Of a stretch of DNA of 64,000 bases, positions 8,273 to 17,750 are shown piece by piece. The position numbers were made by a program, and so were the translations under genes. The notes below the pieces were generated by a model. That model did not search any database and was not told where the DNA came from. It saw only the letters and a list, made by a program, of their open reading frames with translations. Source of the DNA: an uncultured Candidatus Saccharibacteria bacterium. GTDB taxonomy: Bacteria; Patescibacteriota; Minisyncoccia; Phycocordibacterales; SBAW01. Location: contig CAYHDT010000003.1 of NCBI GenBank assembly GCA_964355655.1, forward strand, positions 15,867 through 79,866, in the 5' to 3' direction. Each line of letters opens with the position of its first letter. The first letter of the stretch is position 1.

Positions 8273-10096
8273 TTAGGAGGCAATGGCATCCGCCCCCTTC
8301 TTGACCCGGTAGAGGCCGTAGTCAAAAAGATGATGGCGGGCTTGAGTGCCGAGCATGTTTATCGACTCCGCGGTGGAGTACGCCGGCGAGAACGTTTCCG
8401 CGTCCGCTACCTTTTTTGCCAACTCCCCTCCTGCGGGGAAAAAGGTAAAATAGTGCGGATTCTGCTTGATCACCTCCGGTAGGTGCTCCGGCGAAGCCAA
8501 TTGCATTTCGCTCGCAAGCGCATGCACCCGGCTTTGGAGCTTATCTTCCGGAACATGTTCGCGCAGATGAGCGGTGGTTTCTTCGCCGATCCGCTCCCAG
8601 TGCCACTCGTTGCCGTTGAGGTCGACGAGACGGCGCCCCAGCTTCTGCCCCTCCGGAACAAGGGAGAGCCAGTTAAAGAAACGCTGGAGCCGAACGCTGG
8701 ACTCGCAGTACGTATCATTCTCCTCTTTCGACAGGTAGGAGATTGAGCCGACCTTTTCGGCAGGACCGGAGTCTTTGCCGCCGGGGACAGGATGGTAGAA
8801 CACGTCAGCGGTACGTTCGTCAGTCTTGACCGCCTTCATGCGCAGCAAGGGTTCTCGACTGCGATGCGGAGGAAGGGCCTTTACAATACGTTCGATATCG
8901 CTCGGCCCGCCCTCGACGTGCTGCAGGACACTTCGCTCAAGGAAGGATTCCCTGATGTCATCATTGGTGCCGGTCCACATGCCGAAATTCCGGGCGATAA
9001 GGCCCAGAGGGACACCGGGATACGGCGACAAGATAGATTGCCACCCCATCGTCGGCTTGATGCGGACATTGAGTCCGACCGTCCCGAGATCAGTCGTGAT
9101 ATCGCTGAAGGGTACTGCGCCTATCTGCTCGGTGCGCAGTGTCATCCCGCGATTCATGATCTTGCGACATCCATCGACAATGAGCGCGTCCGGCATTGAC
9201 CGGAAGAGCACGTGGTCGCGGAGGAACTCGCTGTCCGACTCGATAGCGAGCGTCAGGCCGGTACAGCCGGCCTCTACCAGTAGATCGAGCCGACGGTCGC
9301 CGGAGGCATGCCTTGTCATTTCCAGCCGAAGCTGAGCATGAAACGGCATGCCAACTTCCCTCTTCCACCGACGTGCGAACTCCGGCAGCCACACCTTCTC
9401 ATCGAAGCCAAATACATCGTCTTGGAAGTAAAACAGCTTCGTCTCGGGCCAGCCTTTCATCACGATAAGCGCCTCGGCGATGACATCATCGATTGAGCGC
9501 ATATTCGACTCAAACCCGCCATGCATCTTGTTTGATTCGGGTGCATGGCAGTAAGTGCATTTGTACGGGCAGCCTTCTCCCGCCAACATGCTTTTAATCA
9601 GGCTCTTGCCGAATTCTGGATACGCATTGTAGAGAATCTCGCGCTTCGGAATCGGAAAGAGCTCTCCCCGCGCCTTAGCGTCGAAATGAACGCCCATTTT
9701 GAGCGAGCCCTCGAGGATTTTGTGCAGAAGCGTAAAGCCGCTGCCGCGCACGACCCAGTCGGCACGAGGAGCGCAATCGAGGTGGGAGTACGTAGCGTAC
9801 GGACCGCCCATAACGACCGGTGCACCTCTGGCGCGTACCCAGTCGGCCGCCTTAAACATAGGCAGATGATAACCCGCCCATATATGGACACCTACCATGT
9901 CGGGCTTCTGCTCCTCGAACTTTCTTTCGAACGGTCCGAAGTCATTGCCCTTAATGAGCACCAAGTCGCAATCCCAGCCAACTTGGCCGGGGACCTCGAC
10001 AAGGTGATTAATACCAAGCGGCTCGATACTGGGGTACCGTGCCACCATCAGAAACCGCTTGCGAGGCGAGCGGACTGCAGGCGCAGTAACATGCAT
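8273..10096 (-). CDS. Cobalamin (B12)-binding radical SAM enzyme with approximately 300 aa C-terminal extension
   Basis: 607 aa; N-terminal B12-binding Rossmann-like domain (DMVGVH...APVVMGGPYAT), radical SAM CxxxCxxC (CPYKCTYC); SD ACAGGAGG upstream. Confidence 0.75.
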   Translation of the reverse strand: MHVTAPAVRSPRKRFLMVARYPSIEPLGINHLVEVPGQVGWDCDLVLIKGNDFGPFERKFEEQKPDMVGVHIWAGYHLPMFKAADWVRARGAPVVMGGPYATYSHLDCAPRADWVVRGSGFTLLHKILEGSLKMGVHFDAKARGELFPIPKREILYNAYPEFGKSLIKSMLAGEGCPYKCTYCHAPESNKMHGGFESNMRSIDDVIAEALIVMKGWPETKLFYFQDDVFGFDEKVWLPEFARRWKREVGMPFHAQLRLEMTRHASGDRRLDLLVEAGCTGLTLAIESDSEFLRDHVLFRSMPDALIVDGCRKIMNRGMTLRTEQIGAVPFSDITTDLGTVGLNVRIKPTMGWQSILSPYPGVPLGLIARNFGMWTGTNDDIRESFLERSVLQHVEGGPSDIERIVKALPPHRSREPLLRMKAVKTDERTADVFYHPVPGGKDSGPAEKVGSISYLSKEENDTYCESSVRLQRFFNWLSLVPEGQKLGRRLVDLNGNEWHWERIGEETTAHLREHVPEDKLQSRVHALASEMQLASPEHLPEVIKQNPHYFTFFPAGGELAKKVADAETFSPAYSTAESINMLGTQARHHLFDYGLYRVKKGADAIAS

Positions 10097-10195
10097 CAGG
10101 AGCCTCCTGTAAGATTGAAGTGCTGTAAGACCTTCTACAGAGAGTGTAGCAGACTTTATATAGCTAAAAAATTGACAAAAATAAATAACTTTTGT

Positions 10196-11953
10196 CTACT
10201 GTTTTGCAAAATAAGAGCCGGCGGTCTGCCGCAACTCCTCCGGACTTCCCCGCTCTATCAGGCGGCCTTTGTCGAACACCAGAAGCGTGTCGGCGTTTTC
10301 AATGGTGCTAAGGCGGTGCGCAATAATAAAGACGGTAATTTTACCTTGCAAACTTTTAATGGACTGTTGTATCAGCTGTTCGGACTCCACATCAAGCGCG
10401 CTCGTCGCTTCGTCCAATACCAGCATTTCCGGGTTGCCGGCGAGAGCGCGCGCCAGCGCCACGCGCTGGCGCTGGCCGCCGGAGAGCATGACACCGCGGT
10501 CTCCCACAACGGTCCTATATCCTTGCGGCAAAGAAACTACATGGTCGTGGATGTTGGCGCGCACCGCCGCTTCAACAACCTCGTCGTGCGACAAGTCGCG
10601 GTACATACGGATATTATCCTCGATACTGCCGTTGAACAAAAAGATGTCCTGTCCCACATAACCGATACGCTGTCTCCAATCAGTAAGCGAAAAATCTCCG
10701 GCAGGCCGTCCGTCGAGGACGAGCCTCCCCTCGGTCGGCTCGAAGAGCCTCATGACCAAGTCGGCAACCGATGTTTTACCCGCCCCCGACGGTCCTATAA
10801 GGCCGACGGTCGACCCGCGCTTGACCGCAAAGGATATGCCGCAGAGCGCGAGGCGCCCTTCCTCATACTGCAGAGAAACATTTTCAAACTGCATCGACTC
10901 TTTAAAGTTAAAAGCTTCTTTGCCGGCGGAAACCGGCTCCCTATTCGCATCGAGCTTGTTTTTAAAATTACTGATATGCCGCGCGTACGGCACCATTTCG
11001 CCGATGGAATGCAGAGCATTTTGTCCGGACTCCAAATACGTGAATATCTTTTGGATAAGGTACAGCGTCGCGGCAAACGAAATAATGCTGAAGCCGGGCG
11101 CTTTATAGGTAAGGGTAAAAAGCAGCACCACAAGGATAAGACTAAAGGGCTGGAAGAGGCCTCCGCTCAGCGCGCGCACCAGCGACAGCTTGATGGAGAG
11201 CGCGCGCAATAGGCGGATATGCGCGCCGCCATCCGCCATGGCCGCTTGTTCCGCTCCCGCGGCCTTTACGGACTTCATGCCGATGATATGCTCGCTTAAA
11301 AACTGAGCAAATTGTTTTTCCACGCCGGCGGCCTGCTCGCCTATCTGCCTCGTGCGGCGCAAAAGCGGCCGCACCGCAAACACCAGCAATACTCCGCCGC
11401 CAAGCGTATAGAGCGTCATGGCGGGCGATATGTTCAGCGCTACCAGCAAGTACATACAGAAGCCGCTGAAGGACTGAATGACCTGCCCGACGACGCCAAG
11501 AAGCGAAGAGGTGCACTGGATGTCCCGCACCAGCGTGTTATGCATCGTGCCTATTTTTTGCTTAAGCAAAAAAGGCCATGATGCTTGCATAGTGCGGCGA
11601 AGCACGTCTTCGCTTTCTTTGCCCAAGAAGTCGGCGCCTATCCAGCCGCGGATATAACCGAAAAACACTACTGATGCCGCCCGCAGTATAAAGAGGCCGA
11701 GTATGAATCCGAGCAGATACCGGAAGCTGAAGGGTATATGCAGGAAGGCGAAGAGTCCTTGTATGGCGCGCGTGATAAAGTCCGTCGCCTCGCCTCCCCC
11801 GCCGGTAAAAAATGATATCAGCGGAATAACCGCGTTAATCCCGATGCCCTCCAGGAGCGCACTTAAAAAACCGAAGAGCACCAGCGCGGCGACATGCCAG
11901 CGGTATCTGCGGAACGTTCGCCATAGCACCGCAAAGGTGTTGGATTCATTCAT
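10196..11953 (-). CDS. ABC exporter, fused permease-ATPase (MsbA/PglK/Wzk-like), probable lipid-linked oligosaccharide flippase
   Basis: 585 aa; 6 TM N-terminal domain, Walker A GPSGAGKTS, ABC signature LSGGQRQRVALARAL, Walker B LVLDEATSALD. Confidence 0.8.
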   Translation of the reverse strand: MNESNTFAVLWRTFRRYRWHVAALVLFGFLSALLEGIGINAVIPLISFFTGGGGEATDFITRAIQGLFAFLHIPFSFRYLLGFILGLFILRAASVVFFGYIRGWIGADFLGKESEDVLRRTMQASWPFLLKQKIGTMHNTLVRDIQCTSSLLGVVGQVIQSFSGFCMYLLVALNISPAMTLYTLGGGVLLVFAVRPLLRRTRQIGEQAAGVEKQFAQFLSEHIIGMKSVKAAGAEQAAMADGGAHIRLLRALSIKLSLVRALSGGLFQPFSLILVVLLFTLTYKAPGFSIISFAATLYLIQKIFTYLESGQNALHSIGEMVPYARHISNFKNKLDANREPVSAGKEAFNFKESMQFENVSLQYEEGRLALCGISFAVKRGSTVGLIGPSGAGKTSVADLVMRLFEPTEGRLVLDGRPAGDFSLTDWRQRIGYVGQDIFLFNGSIEDNIRMYRDLSHDEVVEAAVRANIHDHVVSLPQGYRTVVGDRGVMLSGGQRQRVALARALAGNPEMLVLDEATSALDVESEQLIQQSIKSLQGKITVFIIAHRLSTIENADTLLVFDKGRLIERGSPEELRQTAGSYFAKQ

Positions 11954-12014
11954 ATACGCGTGTTGAACACGTTATATCATACAACCGAACTTGCCGCAGA
12001 AAAGACACGCGGGG

Positions 12015-12899
12015 CTAAGAGGCTTTTTTAAGAATCAGACTGAGCATGTTGCCGTAGAACGCCGGCGACGAGCCGACTTCGCTTTTTTTATCCTGCGCAA
12101 TGAGCGCCGCGTCTTTGATTATTTTGCGGTAATCTTCAACTTCATTCGCGTACGGGGTTTCCAGATAAAAATACGCGGAGTCGAGCAGTGCAAGCCCCAG
12201 CTCTTTGCCCAGTCCGACGATGGTCCTCTTCGAAAAGTGGATTTGATGGTCGGCGGTAAAAAGCTTCCACTTCTCCCGGTACAGCTCCGCGCACAAACTC
12301 TCCGCGTTGGGAGTTGAGGTAATGTACAGCAGCCCGCCCGGTTTAAGCCACGGCACCATATGGTTGAGCATGGTCTTCGGGTCGGCCATGTGCTCGATGA
12401 CGCCGCGCATGACGATGACATCAAAAGAATGTTCCGGATAAGTTGCTTCATTCGCCTCGCCGTCCTTTACCTCCAGCTTAAGAACAGAGCGAGCGTGCTC
12501 TGCGGCCCTGTGGTCAAACTCAATACCATGCTTTTCCCACGCCGGCCCGAATTTACCGAGCAAGAAACCGCCTCCGCAGCCGACATCCAAAATTTTCCCT
12601 CCCTTTGCGTGCTTCTCCAAAAAATCTATTTCAACCTCGTACATCTTGTCCCGGGCTGCCGCGTCCGCCGGGTCGTTTTGCAATTCAAAGTAGCCGCTTG
12701 CGTAAAAAAGGTCGCGGCCCGCGCGCGTCATCTGCGGGTCATGATATACCAAGCCGCACTCGCCGCACTCATACGCCACAATAGGGGCGCTTTTTGCCCA
12801 CTCGGTCCTTTTGGTCGAGCCGCACAGGTTGCACGAAACGGCGGGTATAAAATGCTCTCTAAATTGATTCAAACTTGCGACACTGTTAGCTGATTCCAT
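12015..12899 (-). CDS. Class I SAM-dependent methyltransferase with N-terminal CxxC...CxxC zinc ribbon
   Basis: CNLCGS...CGECG zinc ribbon; ILDVGCGGGFLL SAM-binding motif I; start taken at MESANS (ORF extends to 12989). Confidence 0.65.
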   Translation of the reverse strand: MESANSVASLNQFREHFIPAVSCNLCGSTKRTEWAKSAPIVAYECGECGLVYHDPQMTRAGRDLFYASGYFELQNDPADAAARDKMYEVEIDFLEKHAKGGKILDVGCGGGFLLGKFGPAWEKHGIEFDHRAAEHARSVLKLEVKDGEANEATYPEHSFDVIVMRGVIEHMADPKTMLNHMVPWLKPGGLLYITSTPNAESLCAELYREKWKLFTADHQIHFSKRTIVGLGKELGLALLDSAYFYLETPYANEVEDYRKIIKDAALIAQDKKSEVGSSPAFYGNMLSLILKKAS

Positions 12900-12921
12900 A
12901 CAAGAAGAGTATACCAGTGTG

Positions 12922-14238
12922 TTAATTAAGCCGCTCAAAGCCCGAGTGCGCGACCGGTCCGCGCAAACGCTTAAGGACCGCACCCTCATTGATCGCTTTT
13001 TTCATAATCGCGAATACCGCATCGAGAGCTTTAAAGTAAACATTGAGATGTTTGTTGGTGTGGGCATACGACGGATAAAAACGGCTTGACGCGAGGATGC
13101 CGCGGCTGAGCATCTCCTGGGTAAAGAGCGTGCGCACGGCGTTGCTGTCTTTCCCATATTGGAATGCAAAGGAGCCCATGGTCGGCGTCCCCTCGATTTT
13201 TACGTTTATGCCATGTTTATCCGCAAGCCTTTGCAACCCTTTGTTCGCTTTTTCTCCAACAGCAATCAGGTACTTGGGCACGTTGTGTTTCTGCATCTTT
13301 TTAATCGTCGCGAGTGCGGAGACGGGGCCGATGCTTTCCGTCCAGTACGTACTGGAAATAAAAGTATCCTGCGCCGCTTGCATCACCTCTTTCTTTCCGA
13401 TGATAGCCGCCATCGGATAGCCGTTGCTCATGCCTTTGCTGAATACCGCCATGTCAGGAGTCACTTTGTACAATAGGTGCGAGCCACCGACCGTAAGCTT
13501 AAAACCTATTGAAATTTCGTCAAAAATCAGCACCGCGCCGGATTTTGTCGCGATGTCGCGCACTTTTTTTAGAAACCCGTTTCTCGGCTCTTCGCCGTGT
13601 ATAGGCTCCATGATAATAGCGGCGAGTTTGCCTTTGTTGCGCTTTACAATCTGTTCCAGCTCATCAATGCGGTTATAGCGGAACGGCAGGATAGTGCCCC
13701 GCAAACCCTGCGGCACGCCTTTGGGTTCGAGGCCCGCGAGCAAATGGTCGTTGAGCCCTTTGGGGTCTTTAAGGTTTGTCGCAAGATACCAGTCCGACCA
13801 GCCATGGTAGCCGCAAAAAGCGATTACATCTTTCCCCGTATAGGCGCGGGCAATGCGCGAAGCGACAGCCATCGACTCGCCCCCGGTGCGCGCGTATCGC
13901 ACGTTCTTGGCCCACGGATGCAGCTTGCATAAAAGCTCTGCCAGCTCCACTTCTTCCGGCGAGTTCCAGGTGGTCATAGAGCCGCGGTCGACCGCGCGCT
14001 TAACCGCTTTGTTTACGTCCGCGTCGGCATAGCCGAGCGGACACGCGCCTATCCCCATAATAGACATATCAAGATACTTTTTGCCGTCGAGGTCCCACAC
14101 ATAAGGGCCTTTGGCTTTAGAAAAGTACGCGGGCCACCGGTCGGGCAAGAACATTTCTGCGCGTTTTGAAAGGAGTTGGTTTCCTCCCGGAATAAGCTTC
14201 TTTGCCCGCCTCCATAACTTTTGACCCGTGTTTTTCAT
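12922..14238 (-). CDS. Class III (PLP) aminotransferase, glutamate-1-semialdehyde aminomutase-like
   Basis: 438 aa; LIFDEISIGFKL, GESMAVASRIARAYTGK patterns of the class III aminotransferase fold. Confidence 0.7.
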   Translation of the reverse strand: MKNTGQKLWRRAKKLIPGGNQLLSKRAEMFLPDRWPAYFSKAKGPYVWDLDGKKYLDMSIMGIGACPLGYADADVNKAVKRAVDRGSMTTWNSPEEVELAELLCKLHPWAKNVRYARTGGESMAVASRIARAYTGKDVIAFCGYHGWSDWYLATNLKDPKGLNDHLLAGLEPKGVPQGLRGTILPFRYNRIDELEQIVKRNKGKLAAIIMEPIHGEEPRNGFLKKVRDIATKSGAVLIFDEISIGFKLTVGGSHLLYKVTPDMAVFSKGMSNGYPMAAIIGKKEVMQAAQDTFISSTYWTESIGPVSALATIKKMQKHNVPKYLIAVGEKANKGLQRLADKHGINVKIEGTPTMGSFAFQYGKDSNAVRTLFTQEMLSRGILASSRFYPSYAHTNKHLNVYFKALDAVFAIMKKAINEGAVLKRLRGPVAHSGFERLN

Positions 14239-14287
14239 AAGATATACAACACTATAACAGCTTTAAAGTTCCTGTCGTGTAGCATAT

Positions 14288-14316
14288 TTGACAAAATAAC
14301 ATCTATTTGTTATAAT
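14288..14316 (+). promoter_or_regulatory. Consensus sigma70-type promoter (TTGACA-17 bp-TATAAT) driving the 14354..15442 gene
   Basis: TTGACA at 14288-14293, 17 nt spacer, TATAAT at 14311-14316; GGGGG RBS downstream. Confidence 0.5.
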
Positions 14317-14353
14317 ATGCCCAAAGCTCTTCATCATACAACCGTAGGGGGTT

Positions 14354-15442
14354 TTGTTGGGAAAACGGTCAATCGCGCTTTTCGCATCGGATTTTCTGGA
14401 CTCTAAGCTGGCGCTCGGCTTGGCCCAGACGCTCGAAGGCGACTTCTCGTGCAGAGTTTTCGCGGGAGAAGGCAGAATTCCTGCGCCTTTCAGTGAAAGC
14501 GATGTGCAATCTGCCGTCAAGACAAGCGATCTCGTCGTGCTCAGTTCTTCGGAATACTGCGTCCCGGAAGTCTGGGCGGCCAAGCGGGCAGTCGAGCTGG
14601 ATAGACCCATCGCGTTGATGGCTCTCTTCTACAATCAATTGCAGAAGAAGGAGTACGAACCTTTCCGCCTATACATATGCCTCGTCTTCGTCCTCGACGA
14701 TGCAGAGGCTCTGGCGGCAAAAGAGCTCTATCCAAACGCGAGCATCGTCGTGGCCGGCAATCCGGAGTGGGAGACCTTTTCCTTCCCCTCGCGGACAAGG
14801 GCAGAAGTGCGCTCCATTCTCAACATCGCTCCGAATGAGAAGTTCATTCTTATCTCGGGCGAAAAAGAGGCGGGCGTCAACTTTCCGCTGGCGGTAAATG
14901 TAATCGAGGCGGTTGCCAACCTCCCCGACCTGGAGTCGTTCAAGATTATCTTTACGATACATCCGGGACACGTGCCGCTGCCGGGCGGGGCGAGTCTCCT
15001 CGAGTTCTACCAAGAGCTCCAAGGATACAACCCCAAGGTTTCGATAGTACCGTCCTGCAAGGCGACGCCCTTCGGCATCGGCACGCCGGACATGGTCCCC
15101 GGTGCAGACTTGGTAATCGGTACCAACTCGACGGTGCAGATTCAGGCGGCATTTCTCGGCATCCCCGCGATAGCCGTCCTTTTGCGCCGGGCGTTCCGCG
15201 GCATCGAGTTGCCGCAGGAGCCCCGAGGATGGTGGCCTCCGTGCGACCGCGGCGCGATAGCTCCGGTCTACGGCGTTTCATCTGACGAAACGGCCAGGCT
15301 TATCGCGACACTGCTGACCGCAGAGGGGTCCGCCCCCATGCGAGCAGCGCAGAAGCGTTTCTTCCCGCCCTTCAAAAAGGTCGGGCAAGCGTTTGAGAGA
15401 ATGGGGGAAGCGATTCGCAACCTCGAACCGCTCAACGCCTAA
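14354..15442 (+). CDS. Hypothetical GT-B-fold-like protein (possible UDP-sugar hydrolase/2-epimerase of PseG/NeuC type; low certainty)
   Basis: 362 aa; C-terminal ADLVIGTNSTVQIQAAFLGIPAIAV resembles the GT-B C-domain of MurG/PseG/NeuC; probable TTG start. Confidence 0.4.
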   Translation: MLGKRSIALFASDFLDSKLALGLAQTLEGDFSCRVFAGEGRIPAPFSESDVQSAVKTSDLVVLSSSEYCVPEVWAAKRAVELDRPIALMALFYNQLQKKEYEPFRLYICLVFVLDDAEALAAKELYPNASIVVAGNPEWETFSFPSRTRAEVRSILNIAPNEKFILISGEKEAGVNFPLAVNVIEAVANLPDLESFKIIFTIHPGHVPLPGGASLLEFYQELQGYNPKVSIVPSCKATPFGIGTPDMVPGADLVIGTNSTVQIQAAFLGIPAIAVLLRRAFRGIELPQEPRGWWPPCDRGAIAPVYGVSSDETARLIATLLTAEGSAPMRAAQKRFFPPFKKVGQAFERMGEAIRNLEPLNA

Positions 15443-15448
15443 AATTTC

Positions 15449-15481
15449 GGCCGGAGTCCTCGCGGACTCCGGCCTTTTTCT
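15449..15481. terminator. Bidirectional intrinsic terminator
   Basis: GGCCGGAGTCC-TCGC-GGACTCCGGCC perfect 11 bp stem + TTTTTC. Confidence 0.6.
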
Positions 15482-15932
15482 ATGTCTTGTTTGGTATTTT
15501 TATATTTCTTGTCTGATATCTTATTTGAAATGCTTTAGATAAGGCGGGGGCAAGAGAAAAATCTTCTGATTTCTTCGGTTCATGCGCAAAAACATTAAAC
15601 CCCTTTTCATTGTAGCGCGGGACAAGATGCCAGTGCACCTGCCTCACTTCATCCATATACAGCAGATACACCTTCTCAACCTCTAATGTTTGCAATAGCG
15701 CGTCGCGGGCAATATCCATGACCTCCATCAAATAATCGTATTCACTATCCGAGAGATTATGTAAATCTGAGACTGGTTTTTTCCATACTATCACCGTGTG
15801 TCCCTTAGACATCGGGTAAAGGGCTAGGCAAACATAAAGCCACTCGTCCTCATATATGAGGGAATCTTGCGGAGGCTGTGGAAGATTGCTGCCGTGAGAC
15901 ATGTATCCTATCCTACCATTTGTAACCGCCAA
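15480..15932 (-). CDS. HIT (histidine triad) family nucleotide hydrolase/transferase
   Basis: 150 aa; HVHWHLVP histidine triad motif. Confidence 0.6.
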   Translation of the reverse strand: MAVTNGRIGYMSHGSNLPQPPQDSLIYEDEWLYVCLALYPMSKGHTVIVWKKPVSDLHNLSDSEYDYLMEVMDIARDALLQTLEVEKVYLLYMDEVRQVHWHLVPRYNEKGFNVFAHEPKKSEDFSLAPALSKAFQIRYQTRNIKIPNKT

Positions 15933-15950
15933 AAGAAAAATATTTCTATG

Positions 15951-16706
15951 TTACGCGGCCGTCCAGGAGGCGTTGCGCGCGACGTCGGCGTTTATTTTTT
16001 TTATGTCAGGATACGCGTCAAGGAAATCCAGAATCTCATTCATGGTAAAAAGATTATTTTTTATATAGAGCGCCGCGTACACCGCCATAAGCAGCTGGTA
16101 ATCTTCCGGATAATCTATGGTAAGCCGGTATCCCGCTCTATTTTTTTGCGGATTGCTATACTGCCCTATTTTAAAGATGTCCGGGTTTTTCCACATATAA
16201 AAAGTGACGTGCTCGCGGTGCGCGGGTATTGTCGCCTCCTTCCACGCTTTCTCTAAGGCATCAAACGCAAACACTTCCGTATCCATGCCGTCCGCATACG
16301 TGTACGGCTCGAGATTGTTAGACGCGTAGTCAAAATCGCCTGATTTAAAATACCGGACGGTCTCGTCAATAATACGGGGGTCAATAATCGGGCAGTCGGA
16401 CGTCATACGGACAATGATGTCCCCCGCTTTGGCGCCGTGAGCTTTTGCCGCTTGGTAGTAGCGGTCAAGCACATCGTCCTCGCTGCCGACAAAGTACGGC
16501 TGGCCGGTCTTCTTTAAATAATCAACAAGTACGTGGTCCTTAGGATTCGTGGTCGTAGCGATAACGGTTTTATCAATCTCTTTGCTCGCGGCAACACGCT
16601 CGAGCATGCAGGCAAGTATCGTCTTCCCCGGCGCTATATCAAGAAGTATCTTCCCCGGCAACCGGGTCGAACTCATGCGTGCTTGGATTATCGCGATGGT
16701 AGCCAT
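15951..16706 (-). CDS. Acylneuraminate cytidylyltransferase family protein (SpsF/NeuA/PseF-like CMP-sugar synthetase)
   Basis: 251 aa; AIIQARMSSTRLPGK...GSEDDVLDRYYQAAK...DCPIIDP matches the SpsF/CMP-NeuAc synthetase family. Confidence 0.7.
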   Translation of the reverse strand: MATIAIIQARMSSTRLPGKILLDIAPGKTILACMLERVAASKEIDKTVIATTTNPKDHVLVDYLKKTGQPYFVGSEDDVLDRYYQAAKAHGAKAGDIIVRMTSDCPIIDPRIIDETVRYFKSGDFDYASNNLEPYTYADGMDTEVFAFDALEKAWKEATIPAHREHVTFYMWKNPDIFKIGQYSNPQKNRAGYRLTIDYPEDYQLLMAVYAALYIKNNLFTMNEILDFLDAYPDIKKINADVARNASWTAA

Positions 16707-16718
16707 ACAAAAGCCGGG

Positions 16719-17750
16719 TTATCTGCTTTTTATAAATTTTTTAACCCTGTCGATTTGTTTTTGTATCTTCGGCGTAGCTCTTTCCAGCACGCCGCCGCCG
16801 GCAGAAATGCCGATAACAGCGGACGGGCGCGCGATGTCATCGACTATGACCTCGCCTTTTCTCCCCAGAAGGCCCGCGGAAATAAGGGTAACCCCTATTT
16901 CCGGGACATATCTGCGCCCGAGATGCTTGCTCATATAGGCATGCGTCCGGATAAGACCTTGAAAGATATATTTCTGCATAATAGAAACGTCGACGCGGTA
17001 AATAAGGCGTGACGGGTCAGAAACCACATCCTCGGCAAAACATCCTTTGCCGGCATCAATAAGCATGGCGGATGGCGCGGCATTTCTTAACATGTCTTTG
17101 GTAATGACTCCCTTTTCATTAGTAACGCCGATAACGATCTGCGCGCCCCGACACGCTGCGGCTATGCTTTGTGCGGGAGTGACTTTCGAAATAGTGTCTT
17201 TGGATCTAATGCGGTTAAGCCCGTCGCTTATCACGCGCAGCGCGGTTTTGTCCCGGCGATAGACCGCAACATGCATGCCGCGCTCAACGAGCTTAAGCGC
17301 CACCTTCGAGCCGAAGTTGCCCATGCCTATGACAGCCACCCGGGTACCGCTGACTTCACCCGCCAGATTGCATACCAGCGCGTCTACCGCTTCGACCGTA
17401 AGGTCATTGCCTTTATAAGCGAGGAGAGTCGATTTTTTAATAACGCCGCGGACGGCTTTCTCGATATTTCCGGCGTCATTTGTACCGTAATATATCTTGC
17501 GTATTTTTTTTTCGTCGTCGACGAAAATATAGTCTGTTTTGCCGTCAACCAGCCGGGCCACGGCGCGGGACGTTGCCACATCGCGGACAATGACGCCGCC
17601 GTATATGAGTTCTGATGTTTCTCGCACCGGCGTCTCATAGTACCGGCCCCGGGCAAAAAGGTCGGAGGTGTTCCCTATCACAAATGCCGTGGCGCGGCCG
17701 CGTGCGGCTTTTTTTATCTTTTGGAGAGTCTCCTCGATATTCTTTTTCAT
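16719..17750 (-). CDS. NAD(P)-binding dehydrogenase-like protein (Glu/Leu/Phe/Val dehydrogenase-type Rossmann domain)
   Basis: 343 aa; VAVIGMGNFGSKVALKL GxGxxG dinucleotide motif; family assignment uncertain. Confidence 0.35.
   Translation of the reverse strand: MKKNIEETLQKIKKAARGRATAFVIGNTSDLFARGRYYETPVRETSELIYGGVIVRDVATSRAVARLVDGKTDYIFVDDEKKIRKIYYGTNDAGNIEKAVRGVIKKSTLLAYKGNDLTVEAVDALVCNLAGEVSGTRVAVIGMGNFGSKVALKLVERGMHVAVYRRDKTALRVISDGLNRIRSKDTISKVTPAQSIAAACRGAQIVIGVTNEKGVITKDMLRNAAPSAMLIDAGKGCFAEDVVSDPSRLIYRVDVSIMQKYIFQGLIRTHAYMSKHLGRRYVPEIGVTLISAGLLGRKGEVIVDDIARPSAVIGISAGGGVLERATPKIQKQIDRVKKFIKSR

Noticed and set aside
9545-11212. 555 aa plus-strand ORF antisense to the radical SAM and ABC transporter genes
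   Set aside because: No recognisable motifs, Arg/Ala-rich composition typical of GC-rich antisense shadow frames; the opposite-strand genes have strong domain signatures
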